Shown here one piece after another: positions 37,968 through 47,106 of a stretch of DNA of 64,000 nucleotides. Source of the stretch: an uncultured Gemmatimonadota bacterium (GTDB lineage Bacteria; Blakebacterota; Blakebacteria; Blakebacterales; Blakebacteraceae); assembly GCA_964576115.1 (NCBI GenBank), contig CAZNUA010000005.1:62001-126000 (forward strand), given 5' to 3'. The translations under genes were made by a program, and so were the position numbers. The notes beneath the pieces were generated by a model, which did no database searches, had not been told where the DNA came from, and saw only the letters and a list, made by a program, of their open reading frames with translations. How positions within the stretch are numbered: position 1 is the first letter of the stretch; every line of letters starts with the position of its first letter.

Positions 37968-38827
37968 GCCCCGATCCTCTCCTCGACGCCCGCGGGTTAC
38001 CCTGTGAGCCCTTCCCTGCTGCGCCGCGCATCGTCTCGCTCGTGCCGAGCATAACCGAACTCCTTTTCGATCTGGGACTGGGGCGCAGCGAGATAGTGGG
38101 ACGGACCCGCTACTGCGTCCGTCCGGCCGCGGCGGTGGGCGCGGTGCCGGTCATCGGGGGCACCCGTGACGTATCGATCGAGCAGGTTCTGGCCCTCGAG
38201 CCAGGGCTGGTGATCGCGAGCCGTGAGGAAAACCGGCGCGCCGATATCGAGGCAATCGAGGCGGTTGCCGCAGGCCCCCGGGTTTTCGTGGTCGATCCGA
38301 CCTCGTTCGTTGCCGCGGTGGCGATGATCCGCACCCTCGGGGCGCTGATCGGGCGGGCCGAACCGGCCGAAGAACTGGCGGTCCGGATCGAAACGCTGGC
38401 CCGGGCGATCGACCCCCCCTCCCGGGGCAGCGTCCTCTATCTGGTCTGGTCCGACCCCTGGATGACTGTCGCTCCCGGCACTTTCATTTCCGACATGCTC
38501 ACCCGGGCCGGGTACCTGAACGCCATCTGGCCCTCATGGCTGACCGCGAGATCGTTCTTCTCCCCCGAAGCCGCCCGCTATCCAGAGCTCACCCTGGAGG
38601 AGATCGTGGCCCTGGCACCCGGCACGATCCTGCTGCCCAGCGAGCCGTACGCCTTCACCGACCGCGATGCCGAAGAACTTGCCGAAACCCTCGCCGGCCT
38701 CGATGCCCGCTTCGCCCGACGGGTGAAGATCCGCACCGTGGATGGCGAACTCTATGCCTGGTACGGCTCGCGCATGGAAACGGCCCTGCAGCGATTTGCC
38801 GAAGACCTGGATGAAACCTCTCCCTGA
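37964..38827 (+). CDS. Helical-backbone metal receptor (BtuF-like) binding protein
   Basis: RIVSLVPSITELL, VGRTRYC, GGT, EEN, RYP, LPSEPY.F, VDGE..WYG; no signal peptide evident. Confidence 0.8.
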   Translation: MSPDPLLDARGLPCEPFPAAPRIVSLVPSITELLFDLGLGRSEIVGRTRYCVRPAAAVGAVPVIGGTRDVSIEQVLALEPGLVIASREENRRADIEAIEAVAAGPRVFVVDPTSFVAAVAMIRTLGALIGRAEPAEELAVRIETLARAIDPPSRGSVLYLVWSDPWMTVAPGTFISDMLTRAGYLNAIWPSWLTARSFFSPEAARYPELTLEEIVALAPGTILLPSEPYAFTDRDAEELAETLAGLDARFARRVKIRTVDGELYAWYGSRMETALQRFAEDLDETSP

Positions 38828-38897
38828 CCGGGGCGTAGGTGAACCTCAGGGGAGGCGTCCATCGGACCCCGGCCCTATACTTGTGGGGACTGGAGGG

Positions 38898-39752
38898 ATG
38901 ACCATGAAGAACGTATTCCATCGATCTCTCGCCCGGTGTCTGCCCGCCGCCGTGATCACTCTCGGGCTCGTCGCCGGTCCCGTTTCAGCCCAACCCGAGG
39001 CGCCGCCGCAGGCGGAATACTCGCGCGGACTGCAGTTCACCTCGCTGGCCAACATGCCGATTGCCGGTCTGCTCGAGCGGGGAGCCTACGAGATCGACCT
39101 GCGCATGTACCCCGAGGGCGGTCTCTACTCCTTCGTCACGATCGGGTTTCTGCGCAGTGTCAACGTCGGCTTCAGTTACGGAGCGGGTAATGTGATCGGT
39201 CGCGGGAAAGTCGTCTGGAACCCCAATGTCGAGTTCGCCATCAAGGCGCGGATCATCCCCGAGTCGCAGATGCTGCCGGCGATCGCGCTGGGCTATGCCA
39301 GCCAGGGGTACGGGCCCTGGCTCGGCGATCAGGGTCTGGAGCGCTACACCGTGAAATCGCCCGGTTTTTACGCCGTGGCGAGCAAGAACTGGCGGATGAT
39401 CACCGAGATCGGCACGCATGTCGGTGTCAACCGCAGTCAGGAGGGTGAGGACGACAAGGATGTCAACCTCTTCGGTGGTGTGGATATCGGTCTGAGCCCC
39501 GAGATCTATCTGGTCGTCGAATACGACACCGCCATCAACGACAACGACCAGGACGCCCTCGGCTACGGGAACGGCTATCTCAACTTCGGTGTCAAGTGGG
39601 CTGCCAGCGATCAGCTCCGCCTCGAACTCTTCTTCACCAACCTGCTCGACAACGTGCGCGGTGCCGGCAAGGATGCCACCATCGCCAATATCGCCGGCAC
39701 GCTCGGGGGGGCGGGGAGGGAGATCAGGATCGTTTATACCGACTGGTTCTAG
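38898..39752 (+). CDS. Outer-membrane beta-barrel protein, YjbH-domain-like
   Basis: Signal peptide (VSA-Q); MPIAGLL, GFYAVASK, EYD, GYLNFGVKW, REIRIVY; ends in Phe. Confidence 0.6.
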   Translation: MTMKNVFHRSLARCLPAAVITLGLVAGPVSAQPEAPPQAEYSRGLQFTSLANMPIAGLLERGAYEIDLRMYPEGGLYSFVTIGFLRSVNVGFSYGAGNVIGRGKVVWNPNVEFAIKARIIPESQMLPAIALGYASQGYGPWLGDQGLERYTVKSPGFYAVASKNWRMITEIGTHVGVNRSQEGEDDKDVNLFGGVDIGLSPEIYLVVEYDTAINDNDQDALGYGNGYLNFGVKWAASDQLRLELFFTNLLDNVRGAGKDATIANIAGTLGGAGREIRIVYTDWF

Positions 39753-40032
39753 CTCAGAGCGCGTCTTTTCCGCGCTCTCATCGTTGGACTTCCTCGGGGC
39801 TTGTGCGGCGTAGTACCACTACGCCTCCGCGCNNNNNNNNNNNNNNNNNNNNNNNNNNNNNNNNNNNNNNNNNNNNNNNNNNNNNNNNNNNNNNNNNNNN
39901 NNNNNNNNNNNNNNNNNNNNNNNNNNNNNNNNTCATCGTTGGACTTCCTCGGGGCTTGTGCGGCGTAGTACCACTACGCCTCCGCGCCCCTCGTCGTCCG
40001 CCTCGATATCGCGGATAATCCGCTGCTCTGAG
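39753..40032. repeat. ~125-bp imperfect palindromic intergenic element (MITE/ERIC/REP-like), split by an assembly gap
   Basis: Ends CTCAGAGC/GCTCTGAG; nested TTTTCCGCG/CGCGGATAA, GGAC/GTCC, GGGGC/GCCCC; central GGCGTAG-TACCA-CTACGCC. 55 bp is duplicated either side of a 100-N gap. Confidence 0.7.
39833..39932. other. Scaffold gap (100 N)
   Basis: Run of N flanked by identical 55-mers at 39778-39832 and 39933-39987. Confidence 0.99.
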
Positions 40033-40153
40033 AATTATCCCGGTAACGGTACGCCTCCGCGCGCTTCGTTGAGCCGTTCTCCATTGCATGACCCTACCCC
40101 GCTCCCTCTATGCTGAGGCGAAGGGCAGGATTCCGGATCAGGAGTGAGACGGT

Positions 40154-41239
40154 ATGCGGCTGGCTATCGTGGGCCCCCCCCTGTCGGGGAAGACAACCCT
40201 TTTCAGCGCTCTCACCGGGCTCGAGGCGGCTCAAAGCACGAGTCGCGAGGGGGGCGTGCATCTGGGCCAGTTCACCGTACCCGATCCCCGCCTCGAGCGT
40301 CTCGCTGCCGTGATTCCCCATCCGGTGGTCAAAGGGGTCAGTGTGGAGATCGCCGATATCCCCGGACTGGGAACGGAAATGGGAAGTGAACGGGGTGTGA
40401 GTGAAACGGCCCTGGGTCCGGCCCGCACCGCCGACGCCCTCCTGATCGTGGTGCGTGCATTCGGACGGCCGTCGGTACCCCATCCAGCCGGCCGGGTAGA
40501 CCCGGTCACCGATCTGCAGGCGGTCTGGAACGACCTTCTGACGGCCGATCTCCTGAGCGTGGAAAAGCGGTTGGAGAAACTGCGATCTCTGATCGGAAAG
40601 GGGGGAGCTGACCGGGAGGAGACCGCCGAAGCCGAAATTCTGGAACGGATCGTTCCCGCGCTCGAAGAAGGAGACGGAGTGGGTACGGTGGGGCTCTCCG
40701 ACTCCGAGGAACGGCTGGTGAGGGGGTTCGGATTTCTGAGTGCCAAGCCGCTGCTCGTGATCGTCAACCTCGGTGAGGAACATCTCCCTCCCCGGGTCGA
40801 GGATCAGTGGCGGGAGTGGGGTGAGGTGCGGGGAGCCGAAACGATGGCCCTGTGCGCCGACCTCCTGCTCGAGATCGGGCGCCTCGAGCCCGGGGAAGCC
40901 CGGGAATTCGCCGCCGCCTACGGGGTGAATCCCGAACGGGCGGTAGCTGTGATCGAGGCCGCCTACCGGGCTCTCGAGGTCGTCACCTTCTATACCGCCA
41001 CCGGGGGCCGCGAACTGCGGGCGTGGACGCTTCGCAGCGGGCGGAGTGCGGTCGAAGCGGCGGGGACGATCCACAGCGACATGGAACGCGGTTTCATCCG
41101 GGCCGAAGTGGTGGGCATTGAAGATCTCGTCGCTGCAGGGGGATGGAGCGAGGCCCGCAAAGCCGGACTGGTACGACAGGAAGGAAAGTCGTACCGTGTA
41201 GCGGACGGCGATGTCCTGAACATCAAGTTTGCAGTCTGA
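40154..41239 (+). CDS. ychF: YchF/OLA1-like ATPase (divergent), C-terminal DUF933
   Basis: GPPLSGKTT, VPDPRL, DIPGL, LSAKP..NLGE, TFYT, AGTIHSDMERGFIRAEV, EGKSYRVADGDV. Confidence 0.85.
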   Translation: MRLAIVGPPLSGKTTLFSALTGLEAAQSTSREGGVHLGQFTVPDPRLERLAAVIPHPVVKGVSVEIADIPGLGTEMGSERGVSETALGPARTADALLIVVRAFGRPSVPHPAGRVDPVTDLQAVWNDLLTADLLSVEKRLEKLRSLIGKGGADREETAEAEILERIVPALEEGDGVGTVGLSDSEERLVRGFGFLSAKPLLVIVNLGEEHLPPRVEDQWREWGEVRGAETMALCADLLLEIGRLEPGEAREFAAAYGVNPERAVAVIEAAYRALEVVTFYTATGGRELRAWTLRSGRSAVEAAGTIHSDMERGFIRAEVVGIEDLVAAGGWSEARKAGLVRQEGKSYRVADGDVLNIKFAV

Positions 41240-41254
41240 ACGGGAAAGAACGCG

Positions 41255-41680
41255 ATGAACGAGTACGGCCTCAGAGAGATGATTGATTCCATGGCTCGGC
41301 GCCGGGGAGAGTACAGTCCCGAGGCCTATCTCTTTACTCTTGAGGCGCTCAACCTCTCGGCCGCCCGGCTGGCGGTCAAACGGCACCTCTCCGGCCCCGA
41401 ACTGCTGCGGGGTATCGTCACCCTTGCCTTCGAGCGATTCGGCGAATCGGCCACCGGGGTTTTTGACGACTGGGGGGTGTCGGGCACCCGCGATTTCGGC
41501 GTCATCGTGCTTGATATGGTGGAAGAGGGCATCTTGAGTAAGACCGAGGATGATACCATTGAAGACTTCGAGAATGTCTTCGACCTGCGGGCCGAGATCA
41601 GAGAGGAGAGCTGGCGTCAGAAATGGCGTCATGAGAATAGTGACGGCATTTTCGACAACCGGGGGATATTTAGTCGGTGA
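41255..41680 (+). CDS. Minf_1886-family conserved protein
   Basis: Y..EAY.F..EAL, RHLSGPELL, ERFG, WGV..TRDFG.IV..MV..G.L.K..D..EDF pattern. Confidence 0.78.
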   Translation: MNEYGLREMIDSMARRRGEYSPEAYLFTLEALNLSAARLAVKRHLSGPELLRGIVTLAFERFGESATGVFDDWGVSGTRDFGVIVLDMVEEGILSKTEDDTIEDFENVFDLRAEIREESWRQKWRHENSDGIFDNRGIFSR

Positions 41681-42675
41681 CTGAACCGGATTGCGGGCGG
41701 ATAGACGAGCTGCTCGGACGGCTCGCGGGAAAACGGATCCTGGTCATCGGCGATGTCATGCTCGACAGGTATCTCTGGGGGCGGGTGAGCCGTATGAGCC
41801 CCGAGGCTCCGGTGCCGGTCGTCGAGGTCGAGAGGGAGGCGGTCAGTCTCGGCGGGGCCGCCAATGTAGCCGCGAACGTTCTCGGACTAGGGGCCTGCCC
41901 GGTCCTGATCGGGCTGATCGGGGCCGATGATGACGCCGGAGTTGCCCTGCGTTCGGAGCTCGATCGACATGACCTGCCCGTCACCGGTCTGATATCCGAT
42001 CCCGATCGCCCCACCACCGTGAAAACCCGCATCATCGCGCACCATCAGCATGTTGTTCGGGCCGACCGGGAGGATCGACATCCGGCTGTCGGTACAATCG
42101 CCGGAGCTCTTCAGCAGGCCGTCCTCGACGCCCTGCCCGGAGCCGCGGCCGTGATCCTGCAGGACTACAACAAGGGCGTTCTCTCCGCCGAGGTACTCGA
42201 CCTGATCCTGCCTGCCCTGGTTGGCTCGAAGCTGCCGCTCACGGTGGATCCGAAGTTCGAGCGGTTCTTCTCCTATCGCGGAGTCACGGTCTTCAAACCG
42301 AACCAGCGCGAGGTGGAGCTGGCCCTCTCGGTTCACCTCGAGGACGACACCGGGGTCGAAGAGGCGGCCCGCACCCTTCAGGATCGTCTCGAGGCCGAGA
42401 ATGTCCTCATCACCCGGGGAGAGCATGGTATGACCCTGCTCTCGGCCGAAGGGCGGATCACCCATGTCGGCACCCGCGCCCGGCACGTCTATGATGTTTC
42501 GGGCGCCGGCGACACGGTCATTGCCACCCTGACCGCCATGCTGGCGGCGGGGGCTGATGTGCACGAGGCCACCCTTATGGCCAACCATGCCGCCGGAACG
42601 GTGGTGGCTGAAGTCGGAGCGGTGCCGATCACGGCCGCCGCCCTGCGGGCAGCGACGGACGATGACGGCGATTGA
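41677..42675 (+). CDS. rfaE1: D-glycero-beta-D-manno-heptose-7-phosphate kinase (HldE kinase domain)
   Basis: [40 protein letters not shown]. Confidence 0.94.
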   Translation: MTEPDCGRIDELLGRLAGKRILVIGDVMLDRYLWGRVSRMSPEAPVPVVEVEREAVSLGGAANVAANVLGLGACPVLIGLIGADDDAGVALRSELDRHDLPVTGLISDPDRPTTVKTRIIAHHQHVVRADREDRHPAVGTIAGALQQAVLDALPGAAAVILQDYNKGVLSAEVLDLILPALVGSKLPLTVDPKFERFFSYRGVTVFKPNQREVELALSVHLEDDTGVEEAARTLQDRLEAENVLITRGEHGMTLLSAEGRITHVGTRARHVYDVSGAGDTVIATLTAMLAAGADVHEATLMANHAAGTVVAEVGAVPITAAALRAATDDDGD

Positions 42676-43174
42676 GGACGGGGGGCGTCGGGTCGACCGC
42701 GAAACCGCGGCCGGTATCTGCCGTCGGTGGCGGGCCGCCGGCGAGCGGATCGTCTTCACCAACGGTGTTTTCGATCTGCTCCACCGCGGGCATGTCGAGT
42801 ACCTGGCCCAGGCCCGGGCTCTCGGAAATCGCCTCGTTATCGGTGTCAACGATGATGCTTCGGCCCGGCGGTTGGAAAAAGGTGACGATCGGCCGATCAA
42901 CCGGCTTGAGGACCGGATTGCAGTGCTGTCCGGACTCGCGGCGGTTGACCTACTCGTGTCCTTCTCCGAAGATACACCTCTGAGTCTGATCGTGCTGCTG
43001 AAGCCCGACGTGCTGGTCAAGGGCGGCGATTACAGCGAGGATCAGGTTGTCGGAGCCGACGAAGTACGAGCGTGGGGGGGAGAAGTCGTCCTGGTGCCCC
43101 TGCGGAAAGGGCACTCCACGACCGACCTTATCACCCGGATCCGGACATCCGGAACCGAGACGGCGCTGAGCTGA
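42662..43174 (+). CDS. rfaE2: D-glycero-beta-D-manno-heptose-1-phosphate adenylyltransferase
   Basis: [38 protein letters not shown]. Confidence 0.94.
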   Translation: MTAIEDGGRRVDRETAAGICRRWRAAGERIVFTNGVFDLLHRGHVEYLAQARALGNRLVIGVNDDASARRLEKGDDRPINRLEDRIAVLSGLAAVDLLVSFSEDTPLSLIVLLKPDVLVKGGDYSEDQVVGADEVRAWGGEVVLVPLRKGHSTTDLITRIRTSGTETALS

Positions 43175-44949
43175 TGAGGGAGGGGGAAGTGGAACCGATG
43201 AACAACGAGACGTCTGAAGGAGGCAACGATCCTCAGCGCAGACCGCAAGTCCCGAGTCTGAGCGAGGGACAGCGACTTCTGGAAACTGCCCGGGTGGACC
43301 AGGCTCGCGAAGTACTGGAACAGATCCTGGCCGCAGAGGGTCCATCGCCCGTTCTTCTGGACGCTCTCGTGGCATGTTACGATAAACTGGGGGAAAGCGA
43401 ACTGGCCGGGGAATTCCGATCCCTGGTCACCGATCTCGATCCGCGGCCGTTGACTCGTGACGAGCACGAGGGAGGACCCGCCATGACCGACGAGATGGAA
43501 CGCAACAACGAGCCGGAAAAGGGAGAAGGGGCTGAAGAGGCCGAAGAGTTCAGTCTCGATTCCGCACTCGAACTGGATGATACCGGTGATCCCGCCGAGG
43601 CCCTGCGCGAGCTCGAGGCCCTGCTGCAGGGGGCGGGCACCTCCCTCGAAGGTGATGTTACGGGCGAGGAAGAACCCGAAGCCGGGGAACCGGCGCCCGT
43701 CTCCGGCGGGGAGGGCGACCGTTCCGATATATGGAAAAAGATCATGGAACAGGCCGAAGCGGTCGAAGATGGCGGGGAATACAGCGGTATCGAAGAACTC
43801 GAATCCCTCGTTAACAGTGATGCTTCGGCCGAAGAACGTCCAGTCGAGCGGGAAGAGGAAGAGATGGGGGAAGGTGAAGAAATCGAGACAGAGACAGAGG
43901 CAGAGGCAGAGGCAGAGGCANNNNNNNNNNNNNNNNNNNNNNNNNNNNNNNNNNNNNNNNNNNNNNNNNNNNNNNNNNNNNNNNNNNAGATAGAGACAGA
44001 GGCCGTGACCGAAGTGGGGGACGAGGCGGAAAAACCGCCGGGTGAGGAGCCGGAGATCGAAGAACCCGGAGAGGAGGAAGAAGAAGCAGTCGCAGAAGAG
44101 GGTGAGGAGGANNNNNNNNNNNNNNNNNNNNNNNNNNNNNNNNNNNNNNNNNNNNNTCTGGAGGTGGTCGGGGCTCTCGAGATCGAAAGCACCGACCTGA
44201 GTGAGGACGATCGGGAAACGGAGACGATCGAGGTCGTCGACGCCCTCGAAATCGATTCCACCGAGTTCGCCGGTCCCGATACAGGTCCGGCCGGCGGGGT
44301 TTCCAAAGACGACGATGCTATGGTTCTGGGACCCGTCGAACTTTCCGACGAAGCTCTCGAAGAAGCCGGTGAGGGCATAGAGCTCGATACCGGGTTCGAT
44401 GTCCTGGGCGAAAGCGAAGAAACCGCCGAGCTCACCGAAGCCGATATCGCGGAAGTGGGGGCGATGGAACTGGACGGGGATGCCGCCCTTGATGTCGATG
44501 AAGCTCTCAAAGCCCTCGAGGACGAGCTCGGGGGAGCCGATCAGGAAGCCGAACCGGTTGAGGTGGGGCCCGAAAACGCCCTCGAGGAGGACCTCGACGA
44601 ACTCGGAGCTCAGCTTGAAGGCGATATGAGCCTCGACGAGATCGCCGAAGACGAAATCGGGGCAAGTGTCGCCGGGGAGGATGTGGCGCCGGGAGAAACG
44701 GTGGCGGAATCCGACGCCGCGGCGGACACGGAACCGGCGATGGCACAGGTCGAGGCGGTGCCCGGTTCGGTCCAGATCGCTACCACCGACGACTCGATCA
44801 AAGCCGCCATCCAGGCCGAGATTCTGGTCGGACAGGGACATGTCAAGGAGGCCATCCGTTTCTTCGAAGCGCTGCAGCTCTGGGATCCGGAGCGGGAATC
44901 CTTCAAGAAGCGGCTCGAAGACCTCAGGAAAATGATTCAGACGGAATAG
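43174..44949 (+). CDS. Large highly acidic low-complexity protein with N- and C-terminal TPR-like helices
   Basis: Helical N-terminus (ARVDQAREVLEQIL..LVACYDKLGE), long Glu/Asp-rich middle, C-terminal AEILVGQGHVKEAIRFFEAL..DPE. Two internal N-gaps mean frame continuity is assumed. Confidence 0.7.
   Translation: MREGEVEPMNNETSEGGNDPQRRPQVPSLSEGQRLLETARVDQAREVLEQILAAEGPSPVLLDALVACYDKLGESELAGEFRSLVTDLDPRPLTRDEHEGGPAMTDEMERNNEPEKGEGAEEAEEFSLDSALELDDTGDPAEALRELEALLQGAGTSLEGDVTGEEEPEAGEPAPVSGGEGDRSDIWKKIMEQAEAVEDGGEYSGIEELESLVNSDASAEERPVEREEEEMGEGEEIETETEAEAEAEAXXXXXXXXXXXXXXXXXXXXXXXIETEAVTEVGDEAEKPPGEEPEIEEPGEEEEEAVAEEGEEXXXXXXXXXXXXXXXXLEVVGALEIESTDLSEDDRETETIEVVDALEIDSTEFAGPDTGPAGGVSKDDDAMVLGPVELSDEALEEAGEGIELDTGFDVLGESEETAELTEADIAEVGAMELDGDAALDVDEALKALEDELGGADQEAEPVEVGPENALEEDLDELGAQLEGDMSLDEIAEDEIGASVAGEDVAPGETVAESDAAADTEPAMAQVEAVPGSVQIATTDDSIKAAIQAEILVGQGHVKEAIRFFEALQLWDPERESFKKRLEDLRKMIQTE
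43885..44003 (+). repeat. In-frame hexanucleotide microsatellite (GAGACA/GAGGCA)n encoding Glu-Thr/Glu-Ala, with N-gap 43921-43987
   Basis: GAGACA x2 and GAGGCA x4 before the gap; GAGACAGAGGCC after it. Confidence 0.85.
44112..44156. other. Assembly gap (45 N) inside the acidic-protein gene
   Basis: Run of N in a GAG-rich tract. Confidence 0.99.
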
Positions 44950-44950
44950 G

Positions 44951-46033
44951 ATGGGCGGCGGCGGTTACACCGTTCGGCGACAGCGGCTGTGGGAGAACTC
45001 CGCCCTGCAGTCGCTCGACGCCCTGCTGATCACCTCCGGGGTGAATTGCCGTTATCTCTGCGGTTTCACAGGTTCCAGTTCGATCCTGCTGCTGACCCCC
45101 CGGCGGGCGCACTTTTTTTCCGACGGGCGTTATCGTGAACAGAGTCAGACTGAGGTCGTGGACGCCGAGATCCATATCGTTGACGGTCCGCTTCTGCCTG
45201 CTCTGAAGCCGCTCGTGGGAACCTCCTCTGCGATCGGGTTCGAATCCGACCATCTCACCGTCGCCACCCGCACCCAGCTTTCGGAACTCTCCCCCCGCCT
45301 GAACTGGGTGCCGGTCAGCGGGGTGGTAGAGGCCCTGCGTCTGGTCAAGGACGAGGGAGAGATCGCCCTGATCTCCGAAGCGGCCGATCTGGCCTGTGCC
45401 GTGCTCGGGGACACCCTCGATCTCATCGGCGAAGGCACCTCGGAGCTTGCCATCGCGGCGGCCCTGGAATCGGGCTTGCGCCTCAGAGGCAGCGAGGGGG
45501 GGGCATTCGAACCGATCGTCGTCTCCGGACCGCGAGGTGCCTGTCCTCACGGCCGGCCAGCCGACCGTCACCTGGCTGAGGGCGAGGCCGTCACAATCGA
45601 TTTCGGCGCCGTCCGCGGAGGCTATCACAGCGATATCACCCGCTCTTTCTGTGTCGGCCAGCCGACCCCGATTGTCCGGGAGTGGGCCGAGGTACTCACG
45701 AGGGCGATCGAGGCCGTGCTGGACCGGACCGAAGCGGGTTGTCCCTGTCAGGAACTCGATGCCGTTGCTCGTCAGGTTATCGACGCCGCCGGTTTCGGTG
45801 ACTATTTTGTGCACAGCCTTGGCCACGGTCTCGGGCTCGAGGTACACGAGGGGCCGCGCCTGTCCCGTACCTCATCCGATTCCCTGGCCGTCGGCATGGT
45901 CTTTACCATCGAACCGGGGATCTACGTGCCTGAGAAGGGGGGAATTCGGATCGAGGAGGATGTCGTGCTCGCACCCGATGGGCCGCAGCTGCTGACATCT
46001 TTCCCCCGCACGGTCACACTGCCCCAGAGCTGA
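44951..46033 (+). CDS. Xaa-Pro aminopeptidase (M24B)
   Basis: RYLCGFTGS, DGRY, RLVKDEGE, PHG, IDFG, SDITR, HSLGHGLGLEVHE, TIEPGIY, IRIEED. Confidence 0.94.
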   Translation: MGGGGYTVRRQRLWENSALQSLDALLITSGVNCRYLCGFTGSSSILLLTPRRAHFFSDGRYREQSQTEVVDAEIHIVDGPLLPALKPLVGTSSAIGFESDHLTVATRTQLSELSPRLNWVPVSGVVEALRLVKDEGEIALISEAADLACAVLGDTLDLIGEGTSELAIAAALESGLRLRGSEGGAFEPIVVSGPRGACPHGRPADRHLAEGEAVTIDFGAVRGGYHSDITRSFCVGQPTPIVREWAEVLTRAIEAVLDRTEAGCPCQELDAVARQVIDAAGFGDYFVHSLGHGLGLEVHEGPRLSRTSSDSLAVGMVFTIEPGIYVPEKGGIRIEEDVVLAPDGPQLLTSFPRTVTLPQS

Positions 46034-46044
46034 ACGGATTGCGG

Positions 46045-46602
46045 ATGGCGACGACGGCGGATTTCAGGAACGGAATGACTTTCCGGATGGAGGATGAACT
46101 CTGGAAGATCCTCGAGTTCCTTCATGTCAAACCCGGCAAGGGAGGGGCTTTCGTGCGGACCAAGCTCCGGCGGCTCTCCGACGGGGCGGTGATCGAAAAG
46201 ACCTTCAGAGCCGGCGAAAAAATCGACGAGGTGCGCATCATCGCCCGCCAGATGCAGTTTCTCTACGAGTCGAACGGTCTGTATTACTTCATGGATTCGG
46301 AAACCTTCGAGCAGTACCCGCTGGCCGGGGAGCTGATCGCCGACATCGTTCCGTATCTGAAGGAAGCCATGACTGTGAAAGTCCTCTGGCATGAGGAGCA
46401 ACCCCTCTGGGCCGAGGTCGGGCAGTTCGTGGAGCTCGAAGTACGCCAGACCGATCCGGGGGTGCGCGGTGATACCGCCACGGGAGGATCGAAACCGGCC
46501 GAACTGGAAACGGGCCTGACGATTCAGGTACCGTTGTTTATCAACCAGGGGGATGTGGTGAAGGTGGATACCACCACAGGGGAGTACATAACCCGCGTGT
46601 GA
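46045..46602 (+). CDS. efp: Elongation factor P
   Basis: HVKPGKGGAFVR (Lys-type loop), PGVRGDT, KPAELETG, VPLFI. Confidence 0.98.
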   Translation: MATTADFRNGMTFRMEDELWKILEFLHVKPGKGGAFVRTKLRRLSDGAVIEKTFRAGEKIDEVRIIARQMQFLYESNGLYYFMDSETFEQYPLAGELIADIVPYLKEAMTVKVLWHEEQPLWAEVGQFVELEVRQTDPGVRGDTATGGSKPAELETGLTIQVPLFINQGDVVKVDTTTGEYITRV

Positions 46603-46617
46603 ACGGAGACTCAGAGC

Positions 46618-47103
46618 ATGAACGAGCGGGACATCCGTAACCTGATCAGGATCGTGGAGGAAACCGGTATCGACGAACTCGAGGTTCGGAACTGGTGGGG
46701 ACGCCGGATCCGGGTCACCCGGCGACTGGCCGGAGCTGCACCTCCGGCGGCAGGGCCGGCCCTGTCGAATACAGTCCTCACTCCGGCCGCCCCGGTATCC
46801 GCACCCGAGCCGGAAAGCTCTGAAGAGGCGTTGTCGGGCCGGACCTGGTCGGAGGAAACCCACTATCTCATTCCTTCCCCGATCGTCGGCACCTTCTACC
46901 GGGCTCCGGCGCCCGACGCTCCTCCCTATGTCGAGGTCGGCGACACCATCAAGGCGGGCCAGGTCGTCTGTATCGTCGAAGCGATGAAACTGATGAACGA
47001 GATCCAGGCTGAACAGGGAGGCAAAGTGGTGGAGATCCTGGTGGAGAACGCCACTCCCGTCGAGTACAACCAGACCATGATCGTCCTCGAACCGGAGGTA
47101 TGA
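46618..47103 (+). CDS. accB: Acetyl-CoA carboxylase biotin carboxyl carrier protein
   Basis: SPIVGTFY and EAMKLMNEI biotinylation motif; Ala/Pro linker. Confidence 0.97.
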   Translation: MNERDIRNLIRIVEETGIDELEVRNWWGRRIRVTRRLAGAAPPAAGPALSNTVLTPAAPVSAPEPESSEEALSGRTWSEETHYLIPSPIVGTFYRAPAPDAPPYVEVGDTIKAGQVVCIVEAMKLMNEIQAEQGGKVVEILVENATPVEYNQTMIVLEPEV

Positions 47104-47106
47104 GAC

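Noticed and set aside
39778..39987. Exact 55-bp direct repeat flanking 100 N, resembling a CRISPR or tandem repeat
   Set aside because: An exact 55-nt overlap around a round 100-N gap is the signature of a k=55 assembler scaffold join. There are no spacers or cas genes, so it is treated as one element.
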